Virus record (IMG/VR): IMGVR_UViG_2561511241_000003
Direction: 5' to 3' (one strand)
DNA length: 37,150 nucleotides
Source: a virus
Lineage: Duplodnaviria; Heunggongvirae; Uroviricota; Caudoviricetes
Shown here: piece after piece, positions 1 through 9,194 of the stretch
Layout: every line of letters begins with the position of its first letter
Numbering within the stretch: position 1 is the first letter of the stretch
Position numbers and translations under genes: made by a program
Notes under the pieces: model-generated
What the model saw: the letters and a program-made list of their open reading frames with translations, nothing else
Databases searched by the model: none
What the model was told of the DNA's origin: nothing

Positions 1-381
1 TTATGAGTTCTGGAATTCTTCTGCCCGTCTTTCCAGCTCAGCCATGAAAGAAGTTTTGGCTTTTTCGTGAGCATCTGGGGCCATGATGCTGATGATTTGT
101 ATATTGTCATAATCCATCCAGTGCCTTGTATAAACCAGATAGATATTTGAAGTTCTGTCTATTTGGGCTTTGCTTTTCTTCCATGGTGGTTCTGACGGTA
201 GTCTTATGTGTAATTTATATACAAACGAACCACATAATCTTGCGTTATCTTCCCACTGCCCTTCATTGCCGAATCTGTCAGGGAGAACACCGGTATTTAA
301 CCAGTTTTCCAGAGCCTTTCCGTAAACTTTTGCAATGTCCTGGTATTCAACATCTTTATGAATGCTTACTTTGCTTGCCAT
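1..381 (-). CDS. YafO-family toxin-like protein (126 aa)
   Basis: Complete ORF with stop at 1-3. Motifs GVLPDRFG, HIRLP, IYLVYT and a C-terminal IISIMAPDAHEKAK block match my recollection of E. coli YafO (DGVLPDIFGRD, HIHL, HLVY, IAILKPEPHK). Start overlaps the stop of the upstream ORF, consistent with an operon. Confidence 0.5.
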   Translation of the reverse strand: MASKVSIHKDVEYQDIAKVYGKALENWLNTGVLPDRFGNEGQWEDNARLCGSFVYKLHIRLPSEPPWKKSKAQIDRTSNIYLVYTRHWMDYDNIQIISIMAPDAHEKAKTSFMAELERRAEEFQNS

Positions 382-1019
382 CAGGAAAACTCCGGTGCCG
401 GGAGTCCCATGTTTTTATGCTCGGCAATAATCATTGCTTTCACATTTCCGTCAGACAGCGTATTGCCTAGGCTGGTCGTTTTGTCTGGTGCGGTGCTTCG
501 TTTGATGGCGTTGATGGCATCACGAGCGATAAACTCTCCCTGCGCAATTGCCCGACCAAAACGAACCAGTTTATTGCGATAGGCGATTCTTTGCTCCATG
601 CTATCCGGATACATTTTTGCCAGGTTATCCGGATCCATTACAATTTTGACAGCCTCTTTAACACGGCTGTGCTGCTTAAGTGACTCTTCGCATATTTTTA
701 TGATTTTTGCGGTTTTGTCAGCAAACAGAGCTCCCTTGCCTCTGTTCTGTCGTTCTTCAATGACTGCATTGAGCGCGGCACGCATGTTGTCATTCAGCCC
801 GTTGATATATTCAATAGCTTCTTCAAGAGGCAGAAACACCTGACCATCATGATGCTCAAATGTAAGCATTGAAACCACTCTGGCGTGTGTCACGGATTCA
901 ATAACTGTTGTTGGTAGTATCGTGCTTTTAGCTGGCACCGGAGCCAGTGATGCTGTCAGAGCTGTAGCAATAGCAGCAATGGCAGCAGACTTTGATTTTT
1001 GTTTCATAATGCACTCCAC
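381..1019 (-). CDS. hypothetical protein, putative partner of the toxin-like gene; start uncertain (Met1, Met5 or later)
   Basis: 212-aa ORF co-oriented with and immediately upstream of the toxin-like gene. N-terminus MKQKSKSAAIAAIATALTASLAPVPA is hydrophobic and signal-peptide-like. No motif recognised. Much larger than classical YafN/Phd-type antitoxins. Confidence 0.35.
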   Translation of the reverse strand: MECIMKQKSKSAAIAAIATALTASLAPVPAKSTILPTTVIESVTHARVVSMLTFEHHDGQVFLPLEEAIEYINGLNDNMRAALNAVIEERQNRGKGALFADKTAKIIKICEESLKQHSRVKEAVKIVMDPDNLAKMYPDSMEQRIAYRNKLVRFGRAIAQGEFIARDAINAIKRSTAPDKTTSLGNTLSDGNVKAMIIAEHKNMGLPAPEFS

Positions 1020-1405
1020 AGGTTGATGTGTTCAGCATATCGCAAATAGCAGCTTGTATAAAGCAACGCCACATCAGCAGTGATCGTTTTACGCGCTTTT
1101 CTTCTTGGATTTGCTGGTCGGTTTTTCTGCGCCAGCTTCCGTCAGTCGTGACATGCTGAAACACTTCTGCACGCTGTTGTTGCAATTGTTCGCCGGGCTT
1201 TACATCAGGCAGGTTATGACCGATGGGTAAGATTTGCCTGATAACAGGCTTATCCGGGCGTCCTTCAATGTTGGATATTTCCACGATGGTGCCTGCTGGC
1301 GGGTAGGCAAAACATCCCGCCTCACTGCCAGCTATGGGGCGGGGGAGTGGTACTGCCGGGTAAATGGGTGTATCGCTTTTTTTGTTACTCCGGCAATTCT
1401 GTCTG

Positions 1406-1666
1406 TTAATTCTGAGGTAAAGGCAAACTCATCTGATTGTTTCCCCTGTGTGAAGCTGGCAGATCATGCCACGGGATACCTTCTGAAGAGTGAACGCCGG
1501 AGGCGTGTTTTGATGTGAATTTATGGAAAGCTTCCAGTGTTGAGAAGCATACGCCGCATTCCAGATTGTTACACTGGTAATACTTTTGCCGCACGGTGTT
1601 TGAATCATTTTCTGGACGACTGGTGCGGATACGGGCAGATGCGCCACAAAGCGGACAACGGAACAT
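1406..1666 (-). CDS. ogr: Ogr/Delta-family zinc-finger late-gene transcription activator
   Basis: N-terminus MFRCPLCG...YYQCNNLECGVCF has the Cys4 pattern of P2 Ogr. Lies directly downstream of gene D, as in P2. Confidence 0.85.
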   Translation of the reverse strand: MFRCPLCGASARIRTSRPENDSNTVRQKYYQCNNLECGVCFSTLEAFHKFTSKHASGVHSSEGIPWHDLPASHRGNNQMSLPLPQN

Positions 1667-1708
1667 AGCGACCTCCCTTAACGTGGTGCTGCCGCTATTC
1701 TAAGTTGC

Positions 1709-2941
1709 TCACTCTGTTTCCGCTATCCATTCCGGGATTTTTGCCTCAAGCTCAAGCTGCGTGGTAAAGCCGCTGTTATCAATGGTGTGCTCGGCTTTTG
1801 CAATAATCCAGTCCTGATTATCAATCTCGCTTTTAAATCCTGTTACCGTGCCATGCATTTCGGGGTAGAGTTCTGCGCGTCCACGTGCCAGTGTGATGGA
1901 GAATGATGCGGCTCCGCGTTGTAGCTGCTGCCACTTTGCCGCCGCAGCGCGTCTTGCTGCCTGTTCGTTCTGATAAGTCTTGCGTAACACAAACACGTTG
2001 CCTTCCGCACCTTCCATATAGTCGCCTTCACGGCTACTGCTTTTCTCCATTTTCGGTTTACGGCGTTTCACGCTGACTTTTTTCTTTTTCCCGTAATTAA
2101 GATCAAGCCAGTAAGCGCGTACCCCCGTATACGCTTCGCGGTCAGCAATGCGGAACTGATGGCGATCGCCACTGCTGCGCGTGATGGCGAACGATGGCAA
2201 CGGCTGGCCCTGTGCGTTCACGCCACCGCCTGGCATAATGAATAACAGATTACCGCTTTTTACCGTGGTGATTGCGCCCAGCATTTCCGCCATGCGCGTA
2301 AGAAAGGACATGTCGCTTTCTTCGGTCTGGTCGGCGTGGTCGATTTCGATATCCATCAGCATTTCGCTGATTTGCGGTTTCAGACCGTACCGATGAGCGA
2401 TGGCGGATACCACACGCTCAACGGTCACATCATGCCAGGACACCTCACGTTTAACGTTAAATTCATCCCGAAAATCTGCGCTTCTGGCTGAAACAGTCAG
2501 CCTGTCCGGCGGTCCTTCGTGAGCGATTTCATCAACAATGTAAGTGCCTTTTTCTGTCAGCGGTTCTCCTTTCCAGCCAATGAGAACCGTCAGGCGCGCG
2601 CCCCGTGGCGGTAGCTGCAACTGACCATCTGCATCATCCAGCGTGATGGTGAGCTGGTCCGCCTCAAATCCCCGGTTGTCGGTCAGTGACAGGCTCATCA
2701 GGCGCTCTGCCACGCCTGACAGCGTTTTACCCTCCGCGAGAATATCAAAATCCGGCATTTTCACGGGGTCTGTGCCCTGACTGAGCAATTGCATGGTGGT
2801 GTCGGTCATCTGTTCCCTCCCTGTGCGGCATGGTCGCATGTGCGTGCGGAGGGGGTTACTGCTTTTTGTTGTCGCCGTGGCGGGAGAACGTCGCAGGGGT
2901 GAGATTACGCGCGTGGTGGGTGATGATTGTTGCCGAATCAT
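1709..2941 (-). CDS. D: tail protein D (late control gene D family)
   Basis: 410-aa ORF of the size and position of P2 gpD, next to ogr. Assigned from P2 synteny and length. Confidence 0.85.
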   Translation of the reverse strand: MIRQQSSPTTRVISPLRRSPATATTKSSNPLRTHMRPCRTGREQMTDTTMQLLSQGTDPVKMPDFDILAEGKTLSGVAERLMSLSLTDNRGFEADQLTITLDDADGQLQLPPRGARLTVLIGWKGEPLTEKGTYIVDEIAHEGPPDRLTVSARSADFRDEFNVKREVSWHDVTVERVVSAIAHRYGLKPQISEMLMDIEIDHADQTEESDMSFLTRMAEMLGAITTVKSGNLLFIMPGGGVNAQGQPLPSFAITRSSGDRHQFRIADREAYTGVRAYWLDLNYGKKKKVSVKRRKPKMEKSSSREGDYMEGAEGNVFVLRKTYQNEQAARRAAAAKWQQLQRGAASFSITLARGRAELYPEMHGTVTGFKSEIDNQDWIIAKAEHTIDNSGFTTQLELEAKIPEWIAETE

Positions 2942-2966
2942 TTAACGGATACAAGGGGCTGAAGCT

Positions 2967-4151
2967 ATGAGTGAAACTCGTTTTCATGGCGCCCGCGTTA
3001 CGGAAAGTACCGACCTGGTAACAGCAATTAACGACGTTGATTCCAGCGTTATCGGTATCGTGGCAACGGCGGACGATGCGGACGCGAAGCTGTTCCCGCT
3101 GAACAAGCCTGCATTAGTGACCCGCGTCAATGACGTGCTGGGAAAATGCGGGACAACGGGGACGCTGTACCGTGCGCTGAAACCCATTGCAGACCAGGTG
3201 AGCACAAAGGTGATCGTCGTTCGCGTGGCTGAACACAAAGAAGAAGACGGAAAAACACAGGATCAACTGGTTATTGGTGGTTCTGAATCCGACGGCAGCT
3301 ATACGGGGATGTATGCGCTGCTTGTTGCAGAGCAGGATGAAAGCATCGGATACCGTCCGCGTATTCTGGCCGCGCCGGGGCTGGACACGGAGGCGGTGAC
3401 AAAATCCCTGTGCGTGATTGCAGGTAAACTGCGCGCGTTTGTGTATGCCTCCTGTCATGGCTGTAACACGATGGCTGAAGCCATTGCATACCGTGAAAAA
3501 TTCAACGAACGCGAGCTGATGCTCCTGTGGCCGGACTTCATCGCTTACAACCCGAAAAGTGGCGAGAATGAGGTTTTCCCCGCGCCAGCCTATGCGTGCG
3601 GCCTTCGTGCGTACATTGACCATGAGCAGGGCTGGCACAAATCGCTGTCCAACGTTCCGGTCAAAAATGTGCTGGGGATGTCCAGGCATGTGTTCTGGTC
3701 GTTGCAGGCTGCTGACAGCGATGCCAACAGCCTCAACAACAAAGAAATCACAACCATCATTCGCCGCAACGGGTTCCGCTTCTGGGGCAACCGCACACCG
3801 GAAACGAATGCCTACATCTTTGAGGTGTATACCCGAACCGCACAGGTGCTGGCTGATTCAATTGCGGAAGCGCAGTTTGAAACCATCGACAGTCCACTGA
3901 CGCCCGCGAACGTGAAGGATGTTATCAGTGCCATCAGGGCAAAACTGGATTCGCTGGTTACTGCCGGGAAACTGATTGGCGCATCGTGCTGGTATGACAT
4001 CGTGGATAACAGCACCACAGAATTACGACAGGGGCGCGTGCGTATTCGCTATAAATATACGCCCGTTCCTCCGCTGGAAGATATGGAGCTTTACCAGGCG
4101 TTCACTGATGAGTTCTTTGGTCCTGCATTTGCAGTGCTTGGAGGTGCTTAA
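2967..4151 (+). CDS. FI: contractile tail sheath protein FI
   Basis: 394 aa with motifs DADAKLFPLNKP, KLRAFVY, RELMLLWPDF, EQGWHKSLSNV, IRRNGFRFWGNRT, YTRTAQV and YKYTPVPPLE that match P2 FI as I recall it. SD AAGGGG lies 9 nt upstream of the ATG. Confidence 0.92.
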   Translation: MSETRFHGARVTESTDLVTAINDVDSSVIGIVATADDADAKLFPLNKPALVTRVNDVLGKCGTTGTLYRALKPIADQVSTKVIVVRVAEHKEEDGKTQDQLVIGGSESDGSYTGMYALLVAEQDESIGYRPRILAAPGLDTEAVTKSLCVIAGKLRAFVYASCHGCNTMAEAIAYREKFNERELMLLWPDFIAYNPKSGENEVFPAPAYACGLRAYIDHEQGWHKSLSNVPVKNVLGMSRHVFWSLQAADSDANSLNNKEITTIIRRNGFRFWGNRTPETNAYIFEVYTRTAQVLADSIAEAQFETIDSPLTPANVKDVISAIRAKLDSLVTAGKLIGASCWYDIVDNSTTELRQGRVRIRYKYTPVPPLEDMELYQAFTDEFFGPAFAVLGGA

Positions 4152-4663
4152 TGGCCGTACCAAAACATCTTCGTTTTTTTACGCTGTTTGTGGATGGTGA
4201 AAATGAAGTGGGTAAGGTGACGTCTGTCACCCCGCCTAAACTGACGCGTAAAACCGACAGCTATCGTGGTGGTGGCATGCTGGGAGCGGTGAGTATCGAC
4301 CTCGGCCTGGACGATTCCGCGCTTGATGCGAGTTTTGTCATGGGTGGCGCCGTTCGTGCGCTGTTCCTTAAATATGGCGGAACAATGGACGGCACGCTGC
4401 TGCGTTTTGCGGGTGAATACTACACCGATGCAGAAAGCGACCTGTATGAAATCGAGATGCGCGGGCGTGTGACGGAAATTGATATGGGGGAGGCCAAACA
4501 GGGCGAAGCCACGTCACACACTTACGCTGTCAAAAACACCTACTACAAGCTGAGTATTAACGATCGTCCGGTGTGGGAAATTGACCTGGTGAACCACATC
4601 TACCGGAAGGATGGCAAGGACATTGTACCCGACCGCATCCGCTCCGCGCTCGGGCTCGGCTGA
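4151..4663 (+). CDS. FII: tail tube protein FII
   Basis: 170 aa directly after the sheath gene with ATGA-type overlap. Size and position match P2 FII. Confidence 0.9.
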   Translation: MAVPKHLRFFTLFVDGENEVGKVTSVTPPKLTRKTDSYRGGGMLGAVSIDLGLDDSALDASFVMGGAVRALFLKYGGTMDGTLLRFAGEYYTDAESDLYEIEMRGRVTEIDMGEAKQGEATSHTYAVKNTYYKLSINDRPVWEIDLVNHIYRKDGKDIVPDRIRSALGLG

Positions 4664-4717
4664 TAAGTAATATGCAGGCGGCGCAGTGCGTCGCCTCTGA
4701 CTGAAAGGAGTTTTCTG

Positions 4718-5086
4718 ATGAAAGAGACGAAAAATACCGATACTGAAAACGCTGTGGTGGTTGCTGATACTGCGAAAGAAACCAGCGAGCGCGGCGTAAA
4801 ACTTACCCAGCCAATTGAGCGAGGCGACGAAAAAATCACGTATGTGGAGATCACCGGGGCTATTGAGCAGGCTGGATCCCTGCGTGGTCTGTCGCTGTCT
4901 GATGTGCTGAGTCTGAAAGCGGAATCCATGTTTACGCTGTTGTCACGCGTGACATCACCGCGACTGGATGAAGTGACGATCAAAAAAATGGCATCCCGTG
5001 ACTTTATTCAGTTATGTGTGGTTGCCGTAAATTTTTTGAGCGGTGCGGACTCTGGCGGGAAGAACGAACAGGCGACGGAAGCCTGA
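4718..5086 (+). CDS. E: tail assembly chaperone E
   Basis: 122-aa ORF between the tube and tape-measure genes. Contains the slippery heptamer TTTTTTG near its 3' end. Confidence 0.8.
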   Translation: MKETKNTDTENAVVVADTAKETSERGVKLTQPIERGDEKITYVEITGAIEQAGSLRGLSLSDVLSLKAESMFTLLSRVTSPRLDEVTIKKMASRDFIQLCVVAVNFLSGADSGGKNEQATEA

Positions 5087-5250
5087 TCACGGTTGTGTGC
5101 TTTGAGCACATAGAAGACTTTGTGGCAGATATTGCCGTTATTTTTAACTGGTCGCCCGCCGAAATCTTCATGATGACGCCCGGCGAAGTGGTTAGCTGGC
5201 GTGAGCGGGCGGCACTTCGCAGTGGGAATGCAGACAATGAAGACTCTTGA
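4718..5250 (+). CDS. E+E' tail assembly chaperone made by programmed -1 frameshift
   Basis: The -1 frame is open from the slippery site to 5250 (track ORF 5014..5250) and overlaps the start of T. This is the conserved arrangement in P2-like and many other tail gene clusters. Confidence 0.65.
5033..5039 (+). other. programmed -1 ribosomal frameshift slippery site TTTTTTG
   Basis: AAT TTT TTG in the E frame. The -1 frame reads KFFER and continues open to 5250. Confidence 0.6.
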
Positions 5251-8038
5251 CATTCGGGTCGCCTTCAGTGCTGTTGACAGGCTGACCCGGCCAGCCGAAA
5301 ACGCCCGCCGCCTGATGGGGCGGCTTGGTGACTCCATCCAGCAAACGCAGGGGGCAATCAAAAATCTCGAGCGTCAGGCGCGTTCATTTGAGCGCGCCCG
5401 CGATGCTGTCAGTAAAGCGGATGCTGGCATCGTGAAAGCACGACGCCAGCTTAACGCCCTTCATCAGTTACAACGCACGGGTACTGTGCTCAGCGAAAAA
5501 CAACAAAGGCTGATGCAGCAGTTAAGCACCCGGCTTGAACGCCTGAATGAATCGCGCACGCGGGAAATTCAGAAAATGCGGGAGCTTGGCGGAGAGCTTA
5601 AACGCCACGGTATTTCCCTGACAGGCAGCGATAACACCATCCAGCAGGCCATCAGACGCACCGAACAGTACAACAACCAGCTTGAACGCGAACGACAGGC
5701 GCTTGCGCGTGTAACGCGGGCGCGTGAGCAGTATTCACGCGCGCAGGAAACAGCGGGAAAACTGAAAACGGGTGGTGCGCTGGCAACTGGTGCGGCAGCG
5801 GCTGGCGGCTATGCTGCCGGGCGTTTTTTGCAGCCCGCTATCGGATTCGGGAAAGAGATGTCCCGTGTGCAGGCGCTGACGCGAATTGACCAGAACAGCC
5901 CGCAGTTTAAGGCGCTGCGTGAGCAGGCGCTAAAGCTCGGCTCTGAAACGCAGTTTACTGCGAGTGATGCCGCCAGTGGGCAGGCATTTCTTGCTATGGC
6001 TGGCTTCACACCAGAAGCCATTCAGGCTGCGCTTCCCGGCGTGCTGAGCATGGCAACGGCTGGCGGTATGGACCTTGGCGAGACGGCGGATATTGGCTCA
6101 AATATCCTGACGCAGTTCGGTCTCTCTGCTGACCAGATGGACCGGGTCGGCGACACACTTACTGCGGCGTTTACCCGTACTAACACCGACCTTCGCGCGC
6201 TGGGCGAAACCATGAAATATGCAGGTCCGGTGGCGGGTAAGCTGGGAATATCGCTGGAGCAGGCCGCAGCGATGGCGGGCGTGCTGGCGAATATGGGTAT
6301 CAGAGGGAGTGATGCCGGGACGGCAATGCGTGCCAGCCTTGCTCGTCTGGCATCACCGCCAAAGGCGGCAGCAGAGGCGCTGAAAGAGCTTGGTGTGGCT
6401 GTCTCTGATGCGAACGGCAAAATGCGCCCGATGGAGGATGTGCTGGCCGACCTTTATAAAGCCACCCGCAAATACGGGGAAGTTGACCGGGTATCGTTCT
6501 TTAAGGACATAGCCGGAGAAGAGGCCTTCACGTCATTTATGGCCCTCGTTGATGCGGCAGGTGACGGTTCTCTGCCCAAGCTGAGAAAAGAACTTGAAGG
6601 CGCACGCGGTGAGGCTGAACGCACGGCAAAGGTTATGGCCAATAACCTTGATGGCGACCTGAGATCACTCGGCAGTGCATGGGAGGGGCTGCGTATCCGC
6701 ATTGCGGATCTGATTGACGGTCCGCTGCGCTCTGTCACGCAGTGGCTCACTCGGGTGGTCTCAAAGGTGACGGAGCTGGCGCAGGCCCATCCGGCACTGA
6801 CGCGCCAGCTACTGATTGCAGGCGGTGCGCTGCTGGCAATGACTGCAACGGTTGGCTCGTTGTCACTGGCTCTTGGGGTGCTTGCTGGCCCGCTGGCAAA
6901 ACTGCGTCTTGGTTTTTCCCTCCTGACCGGATCAATGAATGCTGTCAGGGTCCTGCCAGCGCTGTGGGGAATGGTGGCGGGTTCCGTCTCTTTACTTGGA
7001 GGCGCTATCGGGGCGTTGTTCAGCCCGGTCGGTCTTATCGTGGCTGCGCTTGCCGGAGCTGCCGCTCTCATCTGGAAATACTGGGACCCAATCAGGGCAT
7101 TTTTTGCCGGGGTGTTCAGCGGGATTATGGAGCGGCTGGCCCCGTTACGCGAAACCTTTGAACGGTTTGGCCCTGTTTTCGAACTAGTTCGTGATGGCGT
7201 GATTCAGGTCTTTAACTGGTTTACATCGCTGCTGTCACCGATGGAATCCAGTAAGGAAACGCTGGATAAATGCACCAGTGCTGGCGAGGTGTTCGGCAAC
7301 GTTCTTGGCGGTGCGTTACAGCTTGTCCTGACGCCTGCAAAAATGCTGCTGGATACGCTGGCATGGATACTGGAAAAACTTGGCGTCCTTCCAGATGAAG
7401 CGGAAAGGGCGAGAAAGAAAATCGAAGACGCGCAGCGTGCGGCCATTCTTCAGGACAAGGTTGCTTTGCTTCAGGGGGACCTGGCAAAAATCAATCCGCC
7501 GAAATCTGCGGAAACAGGGACCGGAGGCGATAAGCCTAAAGACAACAAGCCGCTCACGGACAACAACACTGGCACGCTGCGCAGGCTCAGCAAAATTGCA
7601 GATAACACAGGCAAGCTGGTTGATGAGACGAAAAAGCGTATCGGCCCCGGTGATATTGTCTTTAAGAACCTGCCCCGTGCGCTTGCTGTTCGCGGGGAGT
7701 GGCAGGAGCGGAAGATTGCGCAGGTCAGTAAGCCTGCTTCCGCAATCAACATCACACCCGTGGTCCCGGCTCCGTTATCTCCGGTGTTGCCCCCTGTTGT
7801 TGCAGCAAGCTCCCGTCCGGTCGTGGAGGCCGCACGTGCGCCAGTTGCGCCCGTTTCCGCATCTTCCCGCAGCCGGGAGACTGCGGCACCCGAATTTGGT
7901 GGTGAAATTCATGTCCATCTGCATAACGTTGTTACGCAGAATCCCCGCGAACTGGCGAAACTGGTCGGCGAAATGGTCAGGGCAGAACTGGAGCGGCGTA
8001 CCCGTGCCGGGCGTGGTAGCTTTTATGATAAAGAGTAA
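5201..8038 (+). CDS. T: tail tape measure protein T
   Basis: 945-aa ORF with coiled-coil N-terminal region, Gly/Ala-rich hydrophobic central segment and Pro/Ala-rich C-terminal part. Sits between E/E' and U. Confidence 0.9.
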   Translation: MSGRHFAVGMQTMKTLDIRVAFSAVDRLTRPAENARRLMGRLGDSIQQTQGAIKNLERQARSFERARDAVSKADAGIVKARRQLNALHQLQRTGTVLSEKQQRLMQQLSTRLERLNESRTREIQKMRELGGELKRHGISLTGSDNTIQQAIRRTEQYNNQLERERQALARVTRAREQYSRAQETAGKLKTGGALATGAAAAGGYAAGRFLQPAIGFGKEMSRVQALTRIDQNSPQFKALREQALKLGSETQFTASDAASGQAFLAMAGFTPEAIQAALPGVLSMATAGGMDLGETADIGSNILTQFGLSADQMDRVGDTLTAAFTRTNTDLRALGETMKYAGPVAGKLGISLEQAAAMAGVLANMGIRGSDAGTAMRASLARLASPPKAAAEALKELGVAVSDANGKMRPMEDVLADLYKATRKYGEVDRVSFFKDIAGEEAFTSFMALVDAAGDGSLPKLRKELEGARGEAERTAKVMANNLDGDLRSLGSAWEGLRIRIADLIDGPLRSVTQWLTRVVSKVTELAQAHPALTRQLLIAGGALLAMTATVGSLSLALGVLAGPLAKLRLGFSLLTGSMNAVRVLPALWGMVAGSVSLLGGAIGALFSPVGLIVAALAGAAALIWKYWDPIRAFFAGVFSGIMERLAPLRETFERFGPVFELVRDGVIQVFNWFTSLLSPMESSKETLDKCTSAGEVFGNVLGGALQLVLTPAKMLLDTLAWILEKLGVLPDEAERARKKIEDAQRAAILQDKVALLQGDLAKINPPKSAETGTGGDKPKDNKPLTDNNTGTLRRLSKIADNTGKLVDETKKRIGPGDIVFKNLPRALAVRGEWQERKIAQVSKPASAINITPVVPAPLSPVLPPVVAASSRPVVEAARAPVAPVSASSRSRETAAPEFGGEIHVHLHNVVTQNPRELAKLVGEMVRAELERRTRAGRGSFYDKE

Positions 8039-8049
8039 GGAGTCGTGCC

Positions 8050-8538
8050 ATGATGATGATCTACGGCATGTTTGTTTTTGAGTTGCGCACATTACCGCAT
8101 CAGCAGTTACAGCAAAACAAAAGCTGGCGACATGTGAAAAACGAGCGCGTTAACCGTTCAGCAAGCTGGCAGTATATCGGTGCAGGTGATGATCGCATCG
8201 TTCTTTCCGGCGTGCTTTATCCTGAGATTACAGGCGGCGAAGTGTCGCTGTCGCTGCTGGCCACGCAGGCGTATGCGGGACGCCCGTGGCCTCTGATTGA
8301 TGGCGTCGGGCAGATTTACGGCATGTATGTTCTGACTGAAACGAGCACGACCCGCTCTGAACTGGATCGCTACGGGAAAGCGAAAAAGATAGAGTTTTCC
8401 CTGACCCTTGAACGCTGTGATGAGGATTTGCGGGAGCGCCTGCAATCCTCATCGTTCAGTGATATGCTGTCCGGTCTTAAAGATAAGGTGACATCATCCC
8501 TTAACAATGTGGTCAGCTCAGTTAAAGGGGTGTTCTGA
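8050..8538 (+). CDS. U: tail protein U
   Basis: 162-aa ORF directly after T. Size and position match P2 gpU. Confidence 0.85.
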   Translation: MMMIYGMFVFELRTLPHQQLQQNKSWRHVKNERVNRSASWQYIGAGDDRIVLSGVLYPEITGGEVSLSLLATQAYAGRPWPLIDGVGQIYGMYVLTETSTTRSELDRYGKAKKIEFSLTLERCDEDLRERLQSSSFSDMLSGLKDKVTSSLNNVVSSVKGVF

Positions 8539-8546
8539 TTTAACGT

Positions 8547-8579
8547 AAAAACCGCTAATGTTCAGATTAGCGGTTTTTT
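8547..8579. terminator. bidirectional hairpin between convergent U and invertase genes
   Basis: AAAAACCGCTAAT-GTTCAG-ATTAGCGGTTTTTT: a perfect 13-bp stem with A-run and T-run flanks. The right arm overlaps the invertase stop codon. Confidence 0.5.
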
Positions 8580-9175
8580 GTTTCCTGAGTATTCTCAATT
8601 ATTCCTCCGGGTTGCGTGTCACCTACAGGGTGATAACGATAAATCGTCGATATACCGATGTCGTAAATTATGGCCAGCTGTTTTCTGTCGTGGCCGTTTT
8701 TAATCAGCCTCGCTATTTGCTCATGTTGCTCTTTTGTCAGTTTCGGGCGACGCCCACCAATTCGCCCCTGTGCGCGGGCTGCTGCCAGTCCGGCCAGTGT
8801 ACGCTCTACAATTAATTCACGTTCCATTTCAGCCAGGGCGCCCATCACGTGGAAGAAAAATCGTCCCATTGGGGTACTGGTATCAATTGAATCCGTCAGA
8901 CTACGAAAATTGACACCTTTTTTCCGCAATTCCTCAATCAGTGTGATCAGGTGTTTCATGCTTCTGCCCAGCCTGTCCAGTTTCCAGACAACGAGCGTAT
9001 CCCCCGCTGATAACGTTCTGAGCAGTTTTTTCAATCCCGGTCTGGCTGATTTTGTTCCGCTGATTTTATCTTCAAAAATCAGTTCACATCCTGCGCTATT
9101 GAGCGCATTGCGTTGCAAATCCGTGTTCTGGTCATTTGTTGATACGCGAATATAGCCAATTTGCATAAAAAGCAT
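8567..9175 (-). CDS. serine-recombinase DNA invertase (Hin/Gin/Cin/Pin family)
   Basis: N-terminal IGYIRVSTNDQ catalytic-serine motif, resolvase fold motifs (VVWKLDRLGRS) and C-terminal HTH (IGISTIYRY). Adjacent to the invertible tail-fibre segment. Confidence 0.92.
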   Translation of the reverse strand: MLFMQIGYIRVSTNDQNTDLQRNALNSAGCELIFEDKISGTKSARPGLKKLLRTLSAGDTLVVWKLDRLGRSMKHLITLIEELRKKGVNFRSLTDSIDTSTPMGRFFFHVMGALAEMERELIVERTLAGLAAARAQGRIGGRRPKLTKEQHEQIARLIKNGHDRKQLAIIYDIGISTIYRYHPVGDTQPGGIIENTQETKNR

Positions 9176-9194
9176 CCTGTTTCTGTTAGTAAAA

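Noticed and set aside
928-1518. ORFs 928..1284 (-) and 1234..1518 (+) between the toxin-like pair and ogr
   Set aside because: They overlap each other and neighbouring better-supported genes, and have Cys/Gln-rich odd composition. The interval may instead hold the att site or a promoter, but I could not find a tRNA or a recognisable P2 att core.
3114-3689. 191-aa minus-strand ORF inside the tail sheath gene
   Set aside because: Antisense to FI with no motifs or ribosome-binding context.
6454-7071. 205-aa minus-strand ORF inside the tape measure gene (also 6022..6420 and 7380..8081)
   Set aside because: All lie within or antisense to T, with biased composition. Rejected as spurious.
8567-9175. 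Invertase considered as a resolvase of a transposon or a large serine integrase
   Set aside because: Size (~200 aa), N-terminal catalytic serine and adjacent inverted crossover sites flanking fibre cassettes fit a Hin/Gin/Cin-type invertase. No transposase or second att-like site.
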